Source: Candidatus Limnocylindrales bacterium (lineage in GTDB: Bacteria; Chloroflexota; Limnocylindria; Limnocylindrales; CSP1-4). From it: DNA of 64,000 nucleotides. The stretch is from contig JBBQDL010000001.1 in the NCBI GenBank assembly GCA_038319665.1, positions 28,227 to 92,226 on the forward strand. The letters are read 5' to 3'. The position numbers were made by a program, and so were the translations under genes. The notes below the pieces were generated by a model, which did no database searches, was not told the origin of the DNA, and was given only the letters and a program-made list of their open reading frames with translations. Positions 1 to 10,444 of this stretch are shown one piece after another; within the stretch, counting starts at the first letter, position 1; every line of letters begins with the position of its first letter.

Positions 1-1017
<1,017 letters not shown>

Positions 1018-1307
1018 GCACTGGGGCCGTAGCCGGCCACGTGCTAGACTCCGGCCTTCACGGCGACGACCGGGAAGAGTAGCGACGGGTCGGCCCCGGA
1101 GCGAGCGCGGGATGGTGCGAGCCGCGCGGGCACGACGGCGTGAAGGTCGCTCGGGAGCCGTGCGGGAGACGCCCGATAGCGCGTCGCGAGGGCGCCGGAT
1201 CCGCCGGGCCGCGATGAACGGCCCGACCTCGACGCCGAACCAGCAGGTGGTACCACGACCCGTTCGTCCGCTGGACGAGCGGGCCGTTCTGTTCCCAGGG
1301 GGCGACG
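1018..1307 (+). promoter_or_regulatory. Putative T-box-like leader upstream of valS
   Basis: A 290-nt untranslated gap precedes an aminoacyl-tRNA synthetase gene. GGTGGTACCACG at about 1246-1257 matches the T-box consensus GGTGGNACCGCG at 11 of 12 positions, and UGGU would pair with tRNA-Val ACCA. A GC hairpin CGTTCGTCC-GCTG-GACGAGCGG sits at about 1261-1282, followed by GUUCUGUUCC and the SD-like GGGGG a few nt before the ATG. Confidence 0.35.
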
Positions 1308-4028
1308 ATGCCGGATCTGCCGAAGGCCTATACCCCGCACGACGTCGAAGGCGCGATCTACGAACGCTGGCTGGCGGCGGACGTCTTCGCCCCGGACGGC
1401 GCCGGCTCGACCGCCGACCCGTCGCTCCCGCCGTTCACGATCGTCCAGCCGCCGCCCAACATCACCGGCTCGCTCCACCTCGGCCATGCCCAGCGGACCG
1501 CGGTCGAGGACCTGATGATCCGGCACGCCCGGATGCTCGGCCATCGGGCGCTCTTCCTGCCTGGGCTCGACCACGCCTCGATCGCCGCCCAGTTCGTCCT
1601 TGACGGCATCCTCGACAAGGAGGGGGAGAGCCGCCAGTCGCTCGGCCGCGAACGCTACCTCGAGCGGATGCGCGAATTCGTGGCGACGACGCGCGAGGTC
1701 ATGCTCGCGCAGCAGCGGCGGGTCGGGGCGTCAGCCGACTGGGGTCGCCTCCGCTACACGATGGACGACCGCTCGGCAAAGGCCGTCCGGACGGCGTTCG
1801 AGCGGCTCTACCGAGCCGACCTCGCCTATCGCACCAAGGCGCTGGTCAACTGGTGCCCGGGCTGCCGGACGAGCGTGAGCGATCTCGAGGTCATCTCGAC
1901 GCCGGAGACCGGGACGCTGTGGTCGGTGCGCTATCACCTCATCGACCCGGCGAGCGGCCAGCCCGACCCGGACGAGACGATCACCGTCGCCACGACCCGA
2001 CCGGAGACGATCCTGGGCGACACCGCCGTGGCCGTGCACCCGGACAATCCGCGCTACACGGCGCTCGTCGCACGGATGGTCCGCATCCCGTTCGTCGATC
2101 GCGACGTCCCGATCATCGCCGACACGATCGTGGATCCCGCGTTCGGGACCGGCGCCGTCAAGATCACGCCCGCCCACGACTACGACGACCACGCCACGGG
2201 GCTTCGGCACGACCTCCCCGCCCCGACCGTCCTGGCCGACGACGCGACGGTCGCCGACACCGGGACGCGCTACGACGGGATGGACCGGTACGTGGCGCGG
2301 ACGGCGATCCTCGCCGACCTCGAGGCGCGGGGCGACCTCGTCGCCGCGACACCGCACGAGATGGTGGTCGGGCGCTGCCAGCGGAGCAACGACGTCATCG
2401 AGCCGCGCCTCAAGACGCAGTGGTTCATCCGGACCGGGCCACTCGCGGAACGCGCACTCGACGCGACCCGTTCCGGCCGGACCAGGATCCTGCCCGAGCG
2501 GTTCGAGAAGACCTGGGAGCACTGGCTCGACGACATCCGCGACTGGAACGTCTCGCGCCAGCTGTGGTGGGGCCACCGCATCCCGGCCTGGTACTGCCCC
2601 GATGGCCACGTCACGGTCACCTCGGCGGAGACGGGTCCGGACGCTTGCTCGGTCTGCGGCCGGCCCGCGACCGAGCTTCGGCAGGATCCGGACATCTTCG
2701 ACACGTGGTTCAGTTCGGGGTTGTGGCCGCTCTCGACGCTGGGCTGGCCCGACGACATCGACGACTACCGGACCTACTACCCGACCTCGGTGATGGAGAC
2801 GGGCTACGACATCATCTTCTTCTGGGTCGCCCGGATGATGATGCTCGGCCTCGAGCTGACCGGGACGGAGCCCTTCCACACGGTCTACCTGTCCGGGCTC
2901 ATCCGCGACCCGCTCGGCCAGAAGATGTCGAAGACGAAGGGCAATGTGGTCGACCCGCTGGGCGTCATCGACGAATCGGGCGCCGACGCGCTCCGCTTCG
3001 CACTCATCCATGGCGCCACCCCGGGCAACGACCAGCGGTTCGGGCCGGCCAAGCTCGAGCACGCCCGCAACTTCGCCAACAAGCTCTGGAACGCGACCCG
3101 CTATGTGGCCGGAGCGCGGCCGGTGACCGTCCCGGATGGGGCCGGGCGGCGCATCCCCGATGCCCGGCACCTGGGCCCAGGGGATCGCTGGCTCGTCTCG
3201 CGCGCGGCCGCGACGACCGCCGCCGTCGATGCCGCCCTGGCCGGCTTCGCCTTCGGCGAGGTGACCCGCCTCCTGTACGAGGCGATCTGGAACGAGTACT
3301 GCGACTGGGGCCTCGAACTGGCCAAGGTCCGGCTGGCCGACCCGAACCTCGATGTGGCCGCTGGTGAGGCCACATGGTGGACGCTCACCGAGGTGCTCGA
3401 CACCTACCTGCGACTCCTGCACCCGGTGATGCCCTTCGTGACCGAGGCCCTGTGGGCCGCTCTGCCGCACCGCGCCAGCGACCCCGAACTGCTCATCGTG
3501 GCCCGCTGGCCCGGGGCAGGGGAGCGCGATGCCGCCGCCGAACGCGACGTCGGCGCCCTCATCGACCTCGTGACCGGGATCCGCAACGCGCGGGCGTCGG
3601 CCAAGCTGCCGGCCGCCGACTGGCTCGAGACGCTCGTCTACGTCCCGCTCGCGCTCGGGCCGACGTTCGAGGCGCTCCGTCCCGCGATCGAGCGGCTGGC
3701 TCGCGCCCGACCGCTCCACCGGGAGCTGACGCCCGAGGCACTCGAGGCCGCGACCCGGCAAGGCGACCTCGCCGTGATCGTCGTCGCTGGCGACGTCGAG
3801 GCCGCCGTCCGACCCATCGCGGCGCATGCCGGGGTCGAGGCGCTCGAGCGCGAGCGACTGGAACGCGACCTGACCGAGGCCGAAGGCTGGCTGGCCGCCG
3901 CCCGCGAGCGTCTCGCGAACGAGTCGTTCGTATCGCGGGCGCCGGCAGCGGTGGTCGACGGGGCGCGCGCACGCGAGGCCGAACTAGTCGATCAGGTGGC
4001 TCGTCTACGCGATCGATTGGAGCGTTGA
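1308..4028 (+). CDS. valS: Valine--tRNA ligase
   Basis: A 906-aa ORF with HIGH-region motif PPNITGSLHLGHA and KMSKS motif KMSKTKGNVVDP, the class I editing domain, and a C-terminal coiled coil. Confidence 0.95.
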   Translation: MPDLPKAYTPHDVEGAIYERWLAADVFAPDGAGSTADPSLPPFTIVQPPPNITGSLHLGHAQRTAVEDLMIRHARMLGHRALFLPGLDHASIAAQFVLDGILDKEGESRQSLGRERYLERMREFVATTREVMLAQQRRVGASADWGRLRYTMDDRSAKAVRTAFERLYRADLAYRTKALVNWCPGCRTSVSDLEVISTPETGTLWSVRYHLIDPASGQPDPDETITVATTRPETILGDTAVAVHPDNPRYTALVARMVRIPFVDRDVPIIADTIVDPAFGTGAVKITPAHDYDDHATGLRHDLPAPTVLADDATVADTGTRYDGMDRYVARTAILADLEARGDLVAATPHEMVVGRCQRSNDVIEPRLKTQWFIRTGPLAERALDATRSGRTRILPERFEKTWEHWLDDIRDWNVSRQLWWGHRIPAWYCPDGHVTVTSAETGPDACSVCGRPATELRQDPDIFDTWFSSGLWPLSTLGWPDDIDDYRTYYPTSVMETGYDIIFFWVARMMMLGLELTGTEPFHTVYLSGLIRDPLGQKMSKTKGNVVDPLGVIDESGADALRFALIHGATPGNDQRFGPAKLEHARNFANKLWNATRYVAGARPVTVPDGAGRRIPDARHLGPGDRWLVSRAAATTAAVDAALAGFAFGEVTRLLYEAIWNEYCDWGLELAKVRLADPNLDVAAGEATWWTLTEVLDTYLRLLHPVMPFVTEALWAALPHRASDPELLIVARWPGAGERDAAAERDVGALIDLVTGIRNARASAKLPAADWLETLVYVPLALGPTFEALRPAIERLARARPLHRELTPEALEAATRQGDLAVIVVAGDVEAAVRPIAAHAGVEALERERLERDLTEAEGWLAAARERLANESFVSRAPAAVVDGARAREAELVDQVARLRDRLER

Positions 4029-4075
4029 ACGGGCGGGCGGAGGAGACACCCGCCCGTTCAACACCAGATGGTGGG

Positions 4076-4978
4076 TCAGCCCTTGACGGAGCCGCCCGTG
4101 ATCCCGCGAACGAAGTACCGCTGGAGGGCGAAGAAGACCAGGAGCGGCAGCGCCATCGAGATGAACGCCGCGGCGCCGAGGAATTCCCAGCCGCCTCCCA
4201 GCGAGGTGACGAGGTTGGAGATGCCGACCGTCAGCGGCAGGTTCTGCGGGCTCGACCCGAGGAAGACCAGGGCGACCAGCAGGTCGTTCCACACGAACAG
4301 GAACTGGAAGATGACCAGCGCGGCGATGGCCGGGATGCTCATCGGCAGGGCCAGTCGAAGGAACGATGTGACCGGGCTGGCGCCATCGATCGCGGCCGAC
4401 TCGAAGACCTCCTTGGGCAGACCGCCCATGAAGTTGCGGAGCAGGAAGATCGCGAACGGCAGGCCGTACCCGGTGTGCGCGAGCCAGACCGTCAGGAATG
4501 ATCCGGCGATGTTCAGGCCCTTGGGGCTGTAAAGCTGGAGGATCGGGATCAGCGTCGTCTGCAGCGGTACGACCAGCAGGCCGACGACGATCACGAAGAG
4601 CAGGTTGCGACCGGGGAAACTCATCCAGGCAAAGGCGTACGCCGCGAACGCCGCGACGAGGACCGGGATGATCGTTGCCGGGATCGTGATGAACAGGCTG
4701 TTGACGAACTGGGCGCCGATGTTGCTCTGGGCCAGGACGTGGGCGTAGTTGTCGAGGCTGAGCTGGCTCGGCGCGAAGATCGCCGTCCACCAGCCTGAAT
4801 TCAGGACGGCGTCGGGCGGCCGGAACGAGTTGATGAGCAAGCCGATCGTCGGGATCAGCCAGATGACCATCAAGCCGACGATCGCGATGTGGAGCGGCAA
4901 GCGGCCGAAGCGCGACTTGCGCTCCTTGTCCTTGGCGACGACCTGGGCGTCCGAGACGGCTTGGGCGGCTGCGGTCAT
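4076..4978 (-). CDS. Carbohydrate ABC transporter permease (MalG/AglG-like)
   Basis: The track ORF 4076..5413 has a 145-aa low-complexity N-extension. The real start is an internal ATG at 4978 (MTAAAQ...), which overlaps the upstream permease stop by 4 nt. Six predicted TM helices and the EAA-like loop AIDGASPVTSFLRLALP are present. Confidence 0.85.
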   Translation of the reverse strand: MTAAAQAVSDAQVVAKDKERKSRFGRLPLHIAIVGLMVIWLIPTIGLLINSFRPPDAVLNSGWWTAIFAPSQLSLDNYAHVLAQSNIGAQFVNSLFITIPATIIPVLVAAFAAYAFAWMSFPGRNLLFVIVVGLLVVPLQTTLIPILQLYSPKGLNIAGSFLTVWLAHTGYGLPFAIFLLRNFMGGLPKEVFESAAIDGASPVTSFLRLALPMSIPAIAALVIFQFLFVWNDLLVALVFLGSSPQNLPLTVGISNLVTSLGGGWEFLGAAAFISMALPLLVFFALQRYFVRGITGGSVKG

Positions 4979-5952
4979 CGGATCGCCTCCTGCGCCTGGA
5001 AGCGCCTGATGTTGAGGGCCATGACCGGGATGATCGTCAGGAGCAGGACCACCGCGACCGCGCTGGCTCGCCCGAAGTTCGAGTTGACGAACATCTGCTG
5101 GATCATGGCCTGGGCCATGACCTGGGTGTCGAAATTGCCACCGGTCATCACGTATACGATGTCGAACGCCTTCAAGGCCGTGATGACGACCGTGGTCCCG
5201 ACGACGGCGAGGGTCGGCAGAAGGAGCGGGAAGATGATCCCGCGGAAGACCTGCCACTCGTTGGCGCCGTCGACGCGCGCGGCCTCCAGCAACTCGACGC
5301 TGATGCCCTTCAGGGCGGCCGAGATGATGACCATGCAAAAGCCGGTCCACATCCAGGCCATGACGATGATCAGCAGGATCGTGTTGAAGCTGAAGTCCTG
5401 GACCTGCAGCCATGGGACGGGCCCGACGCCGAAGAGACCGACGAACGCGTTCATCGTCCCGGTCTGGGGCTCACCCGGCGCCCGGTAGAGGAACATGAAG
5501 GTCCAGATGACGCTGGCCGCGACCATGCTGATCGCGAGCGGCAGGAAGATGACGGCCTTCGCCACCGACTCGTATCGCACCCGGTCGACCAGGACGGCGA
5601 TGAGCATCCCGAACCCGACGGTGAGCGCGGTCAGCAGGATGACCCACAGGATGTTGTTCTTGAGCGCGACCAGCGTGGTCGGGCTGGTGAAGAAATAAAC
5701 GAAGTTATCGAGGCCGACGAACTTGGTCCCGGCCGAATTCTGGAAGCTGTGGATGATGGTCCCGATCGTCGGATAGACGAGGAAGACCGCGAGGAACGCC
5801 AGCGCCGGGGCCAGCCACAACCACGGCCGGAGCGTGCCGCGCCGCCGGTCGGGGATCGGGCGCAGGATCTGTTCGGTGAGGATGATGTAGAGGAACAGGA
5901 CGGCCGGGACGCCGACCACCACCTCTATCGCGGTCACGAGTCGCGGATCCAT
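4975..5952 (-). CDS. Carbohydrate ABC transporter permease (MalF/AglF-like)
   Basis: 325 aa and multi-TM. The EAA motif EAARVDGANEWQVFRGIIFPL identifies a binding-protein-dependent transport inner-membrane component. Confidence 0.85.
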   Translation of the reverse strand: MDPRLVTAIEVVVGVPAVLFLYIILTEQILRPIPDRRRGTLRPWLWLAPALAFLAVFLVYPTIGTIIHSFQNSAGTKFVGLDNFVYFFTSPTTLVALKNNILWVILLTALTVGFGMLIAVLVDRVRYESVAKAVIFLPLAISMVAASVIWTFMFLYRAPGEPQTGTMNAFVGLFGVGPVPWLQVQDFSFNTILLIIVMAWMWTGFCMVIISAALKGISVELLEAARVDGANEWQVFRGIIFPLLLPTLAVVGTTVVITALKAFDIVYVMTGGNFDTQVMAQAMIQQMFVNSNFGRASAVAVVLLLTIIPVMALNIRRFQAQEAIR

Positions 5953-6023
5953 CGGGCTCCTCCCAAGAAGGGAATGGGCGAGGGCGGTCTTCCTCGACCG
6001 CCCTCGCCATCAGGTGCCGGTGA

Positions 6024-7418
6024 TCAGGGCGCGGCGTACGCGTCCGTCTGGACCTTGTCCAGGTTGGCCAGGATCGAGTCGAGCTGACTCGGGTCCTTGA
6101 TGTAGGCGACGATGCCCTTCCAGAACGCGTCGTTCATGGCCGAGGGCATCAGGTCGGAGGCGTCGAACGCGAAGATCTTCGCGTTGGTGAGGATCGCCGC
6201 CGAGCGCTTGCTGATGTCATCGGGGTAGTCGACTGCGTTCTTGTTGGCGGACAGTGCGCCACCGAGCTTGACCCAGATGTCCTGGGCCGGCGCGGTCACG
6301 AGATAGGCCATGAGGGACTTGGCGGCCGGCGTGTCGTGGAACATGCCGAACAGGTCGCCAGCGCCTTCGACGGCACCCGTGTACTGCGCGTTGATGTCGG
6401 GGAACTGGAAGAAGTTGTAGTCGGTACCGCTCTTGGCGGTCTTGAAGCCGCCCAGTCCGGTGATGAAGCTCGCCTGGTGCAGGAACAGGCAGCCGGGTGA
6501 GGCCTTGAAGAGTGGGTCGCCGGCATTGGCGAAGTTGGTCGCATTGACCGTCGCCGAGCCGCCGAAGCTGGTGGCCACGACGTCACCGAACGTGGTCCAT
6601 GCCGTCTTGATCGCGGGGTCGGTCCACTTGACCTTGCCCTGGTACCACTGCTGGTAAACATCTGGACCGGCCTGTCGGAGGACGAGATCCTCGATCCAGT
6701 CCGTGCCGGGCCAGCCGGAGGCCGCCCCCGACTCGACGCCCAGGCACCACGGCGACGTGGCCTTGGACTTGTTGGCCGTGATATACGCCTGGAGCGCGTC
6801 CCAGGTCGCGGGCGGTGTGGTCGTGATATCGGCGAGGGTCTTCGGGCTGTACCAGATCAGGCCCTTGACCGCGGTCTTGATGAAGACGCCCACGAGCTTG
6901 GAGTCGACCGTGCCGAGGGTCACCAGGGCGGGGGCGGTCTCGGACGTGTAGGTCGGGACGTCGAGGACGGTGCCGAGATCGATGAGGCTGTCCTTCCACT
7001 GGACCATCTGGCCCGGACCGGGGAGTCCGGCGAGGTCGGGGAGGACCCCCGACGCCACGCCCGTGGTGAGGACCGTGTTCAGGTCCCGGGTGCCGGTGTA
7101 GTTCACCTTCGCGCCGGTCTGCGCCTCCCAGGGCGCGATCATCGCCCGGAAGGCCGTCTCCTCCGCGCCGCCCCAGGTCCCGATGACCGTGACCGACTGG
7201 CCGGCCAGGGCGCCGGTGCCGCCGCTCCCTGCCGGGGCGCTGCTGCCGCCCGAGCTGGGCGCCGCCGTCACGGTCCCGCCGGTGCTTGCCGCCGGGCTCG
7301 GTGAGGCGGCGCCTGACGAGCAGGCGACCGCCACTAATGTCGCCGCGGCGATGAACGCGGCGATCCTCGATCGCCGATAGGTGCGCTCCTCCATGCCTTT
7401 TCTCCTTTCCCGGATCAC
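6024..7418 (-). CDS. Extracellular solute-binding protein of a carbohydrate ABC transporter (lipoprotein)
   Basis: Signal peptide plus lipobox LVAVACSSG, then a Ser/Gly/Ala-rich linker. The size (about 460 aa) and composition fit family 1 sugar-binding proteins. An alternative start is the ATG at 7394 (MEERTYRR). Confidence 0.8.
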   Translation of the reverse strand: MIRERRKGMEERTYRRSRIAAFIAAATLVAVACSSGAASPSPAASTGGTVTAAPSSGGSSAPAGSGGTGALAGQSVTVIGTWGGAEETAFRAMIAPWEAQTGAKVNYTGTRDLNTVLTTGVASGVLPDLAGLPGPGQMVQWKDSLIDLGTVLDVPTYTSETAPALVTLGTVDSKLVGVFIKTAVKGLIWYSPKTLADITTTPPATWDALQAYITANKSKATSPWCLGVESGAASGWPGTDWIEDLVLRQAGPDVYQQWYQGKVKWTDPAIKTAWTTFGDVVATSFGGSATVNATNFANAGDPLFKASPGCLFLHQASFITGLGGFKTAKSGTDYNFFQFPDINAQYTGAVEGAGDLFGMFHDTPAAKSLMAYLVTAPAQDIWVKLGGALSANKNAVDYPDDISKRSAAILTNAKIFAFDASDLMPSAMNDAFWKGIVAYIKDPSQLDSILANLDKVQTDAYAAP

Positions 7419-7484
7419 CGACCCGGTCGTCGGGTCGTGTTCTGGGGCATATGGGATGGCCGCGGGCCCTCCAGCCCGCGGGTG

Positions 7485-8510
7485 TCAGGCGCGTCGACGG
7501 GTCGTCGAACCGCGCACGATGAGCTCGGTCGGTAGCAGCGTCCGATGCGGGCTCGCGTGTTCCGCGAGCCGCTCCAGGAGCGCTTGTCCGGCGGCCTGCC
7601 CGAGCTCGAAGGCCGGCAACCGGACGGTGGTGAGGGGAGGGTCGAAGTAGGCTGCGAGGGGGATGTCGTCGAAGCCGACGATGGAGATGTCGTCGGGGAC
7701 GCGTCGGCCCGCCGCGCGAAGGGCCCCGATCGCCCCGAGGGCGACCACATCGCTGGCCACGAAGGCGGCGTCGAAGGTCGTGCGGGCCAGCAGTTGCGCC
7801 ATCGCGATATGGCCGCTCGGCGCATCGAAGTCGGCCTCGGCGATGAGGATCCGTTCGGGCGCGATACCGGCTTTCGTCAGCGCCTCCTTGTAGCCCGCCA
7901 GCCGCTCCTGGGCGGCCGTGTACACGAGCGGGGCGTTGGTGATGCAGGCGATCCGCCGGTGGCCGAGCGACAACAGGTGCTCGACGGCCCCGCGCGCGCC
8001 GGCAACGTTGTCGACGTCGACGCTGACCACCGAGATGTCCGGGAACGAGCCCTGCAGGACGACCGGGAAGCCGTCGCGGACCAGTGCCAGGAGCGACGGA
8101 TCGTCCGACCGCGGGCCCGACACGATCAGACCGTCAGCATGTTGCGCCCCAAGGAGCGAGCCGTACGACGCATCCGGCCCATCGGGTGCCAGCAGCTCGA
8201 CCATCACCCGGAAGCCGCCCGCCCGGGCCGCGGCGGACAGGCCGCGAAGTGTGTCGGCCAGGACCGCATCGCTGGCGACCTGCTCGGGCGACTGGTGGAG
8301 GACCAGCGCCAGGACGTGGCTGCGACCGCCGGCCAGTTGGCGGGCCGGTGCGTTGGGCTGGTAGCCGAGCTGGGTTGCGGCGTCCACCACGCGCTGTCGC
8401 GTCCCGTCCGGGATCTTCACGTCCGCCCGGTGGTTGAGGACGAACGACACGGTCGTCCGCGAAACACCGGCCATGGCCGCGACGTCGGCACTAGTTGGAC
8501 GCTTTGACAT
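7485..8510 (-). CDS. LacI-family transcriptional regulator
   Basis: N-terminal HTH MSKRPTSADVAAMAGVSRTTVSFVLN and a periplasmic-binding-fold sugar-binding domain. It heads the transporter operon on the minus strand. Confidence 0.9.
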   Translation of the reverse strand: MSKRPTSADVAAMAGVSRTTVSFVLNHRADVKIPDGTRQRVVDAATQLGYQPNAPARQLAGGRSHVLALVLHQSPEQVASDAVLADTLRGLSAAARAGGFRVMVELLAPDGPDASYGSLLGAQHADGLIVSGPRSDDPSLLALVRDGFPVVLQGSFPDISVVSVDVDNVAGARGAVEHLLSLGHRRIACITNAPLVYTAAQERLAGYKEALTKAGIAPERILIAEADFDAPSGHIAMAQLLARTTFDAAFVASDVVALGAIGALRAAGRRVPDDISIVGFDDIPLAAYFDPPLTTVRLPAFELGQAAGQALLERLAEHASPHRTLLPTELIVRGSTTRRRA

Positions 8511-8565
8511 CGAGCGGCTACAAGCCTCCGCGATGGAATTGACGTGGGCGTCGGAGTGCGGGAGA

Positions 8566-8586
8566 GTAACGCGCGTCAGTAACGCG
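8566..8586. promoter_or_regulatory. Candidate operator: two direct copies of AGTAACGCG in the lacI/alpha-glucosidase divergent intergenic region
   Basis: AGTAACGCG occurs at 8566-8574 and 8578-8586, each containing the central ACGCG typical of LacI-family half-sites. A minus-strand TTGACA-like hexamer lies at about 8609-8614, upstream of the minus-strand operon. Confidence 0.3.
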
Positions 8587-8683
8587 TATCAATGACCGGT
8601 TGTCGGCACCTTGTCAAGCCCATCCCGCAACCGAATCGCGTACCCTGCGATCTTCCGGCCCGTCCCGCTCGTGGAGACCTAAG

Positions 8684-10378
8684 GTGCGACCCGCCCGCAT
8701 TGCATCGGTAGTGCGATCCCCCCGGTTCGGCGACGATTGGTGGCGGCGCGGCGTGGTCTACCAGATCTACCCACGGAGCTTCGCCGACACCGATGGCGAC
8801 GGGGTCGGGGACCTGCCCGGGATCATCGCCCACCTCGACCATCTCGGACCCGACGGCCTTGGTGTCGACGCGATCTGGGTCTCGCCGATCTACCCGTCAC
8901 CCGGCCTGGATCTCGGCTACGACGTCAGCGACCACGAGCGGATCGACCGGCTGTTCGGCACCGACGATGACTTCGACCGCCTCGTGGATGAGGCGCACGA
9001 CCGGGGCATGCGGGTCGTCCTCGACCTGGTCATGAACCACACCAGTGATGTCCACCGCTGGTTCGGATCGTCGAGTGCCGGTCGGACCGGGCCGCATGCC
9101 GACTGGTACCTGTGGCGCGACGCGGGTGGCAGCGGGCCGGACGGAGCGCCGCTGCCGCCCAACAACTGGGTGTCCTGGTTCGGCGGCTCTGGCTGGCAAT
9201 GGGAGCCCGCCCGCGAGCAGTTCTACTTCCACACGTTCCTCGCCGAGCAGCCGGAGCTGAACTGGCGCGCGCCGGGCGTCGAGGATGCGCAATTCGCGAT
9301 GGTCCGTCGCTGGCTCGAGCGGGGCGTCGACGGCTTCCGGCTCGACACATTCAACTGCTTCCTCAAGCACCCCGACCTGCCATCCAACCCGACCCGGCCG
9401 GGAACGACCGCCTGGGGCCGTCAGGTCCACGTCTACGACCGGGATCAGCCCGACCTCCCGGAACTCATCGGGCGGTTCCGGACGATCGTCGATTCGGCAC
9501 CCGGACGGATGTCGGTCGGCGAGCTGTTCGACGGCACGATCGAGACCGCCGCGAAGCTGGCCACCGATCGTCATCTCGTCTTCGACTGGGAACTCATCAC
9601 GACGGCCTGGACCGGTGCGTCGGTGCGTGCGGCGGTGTCCGCGCGCGAGTCGGCCTTCGGCCGGGGGAAGTGGCCGACGGCCGTCCTCTCCAACCACGAC
9701 CAGCCTCGGCACGCATCGCGCTTCGCCCAGTCGGTCGGGCAATCCGTCGGAGCGGCCGACCAGGATGCCGTCGCCCGGGCTGCCGCCGTCCTGCTGCTCA
9801 CCCTCCGCGGGACGCCATTCCTCTACTACGGCGAGGAGATCGGGATGGGCGATGTCGACATCCCCGCCGAGGAAAGCGTCGATCCGCCTGCCAAGCGCAC
9901 CTGGCCGGATTTCGTGTGGTGGGATCGGTCGCGCTGCCGCACCCCGATGCCGTGGTCCGGCGGGCCTGGGGCCGGGTTCACCAGCGGTCGGCCATGGTTG
10001 CGCCTCGGACCCGATGCGGACGAGAGGAATGTCGCCGCGCAACTCGCGGACCCGGGATCCATCCTCGCCTTGTATCGCCGACTCATCGCCCTGCGGGCGG
10101 CCACGCCGGCCCTCCAGGTCGGCGACCTCGCGCTCCAGCCGACGACCGAGCCCGACGTGGTCGCCTACACGCGCGAGGCGGATGGCCAATGCATCCTCGT
10201 CGTCCTGAACCTGGGCCGGCCCGGCATGACCTGGCGTCTTCCCGAGGGGTCCGACGGCGTGGGCTGGCGGCTCCTCCTGACGACGAGCACGTCCCGATCG
10301 TCCGATGCGGTCCTCGTCGACGGGTCCATCGCCGTCCTCGAGGCGGATGAGGGGTTGATCCTCGAACGAATGACCTAG
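8684..10378 (+). CDS. GH13 alpha-glucosidase (oligo-1,6-glucosidase / alpha-glucoside hydrolase family)
   Basis: WWRRGVVYQIYPRSFADTDGDGVGDLPGI and AIWVSPIYPSPGLDLGYDVSD are hallmarks of GH13 subfamilies 23 to 31. GTG start at 8684 preceded by GGAG; the track ORF begins earlier at 8600. Confidence 0.85.
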   Translation: MRPARIASVVRSPRFGDDWWRRGVVYQIYPRSFADTDGDGVGDLPGIIAHLDHLGPDGLGVDAIWVSPIYPSPGLDLGYDVSDHERIDRLFGTDDDFDRLVDEAHDRGMRVVLDLVMNHTSDVHRWFGSSSAGRTGPHADWYLWRDAGGSGPDGAPLPPNNWVSWFGGSGWQWEPAREQFYFHTFLAEQPELNWRAPGVEDAQFAMVRRWLERGVDGFRLDTFNCFLKHPDLPSNPTRPGTTAWGRQVHVYDRDQPDLPELIGRFRTIVDSAPGRMSVGELFDGTIETAAKLATDRHLVFDWELITTAWTGASVRAAVSARESAFGRGKWPTAVLSNHDQPRHASRFAQSVGQSVGAADQDAVARAAAVLLLTLRGTPFLYYGEEIGMGDVDIPAEESVDPPAKRTWPDFVWWDRSRCRTPMPWSGGPGAGFTSGRPWLRLGPDADERNVAAQLADPGSILALYRRLIALRAATPALQVGDLALQPTTEPDVVAYTREADGQCILVVLNLGRPGMTWRLPEGSDGVGWRLLLTTSTSRSSDAVLVDGSIAVLEADEGLILERMT

Positions 10379-10444
10379 CGAAGGCGGCCAGCGCCCCTGC
10401 TACGATGACGGCCGATCCATGACACGAACGCCGGGGAGCTTCAC

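Noticed and set aside
1731-3827. 698-aa minus-strand ORF and a 504-aa alternate-frame plus ORF (1853..3367) covering valS
   Set aside because: They are antisense or out of frame to an unmistakable valS CDS. Their Arg/Gly/Pro-rich low-complexity translations are typical of GC-rich DNA, and they have no start context.
8897-10350. 430-aa minus ORF and 412-aa plus alternate-frame ORF inside the alpha-glucosidase gene
   Set aside because: They overlap a well-supported GH13 CDS and encode low-complexity Arg/Pro/Gly-rich translations, so they are GC-frame artefacts.
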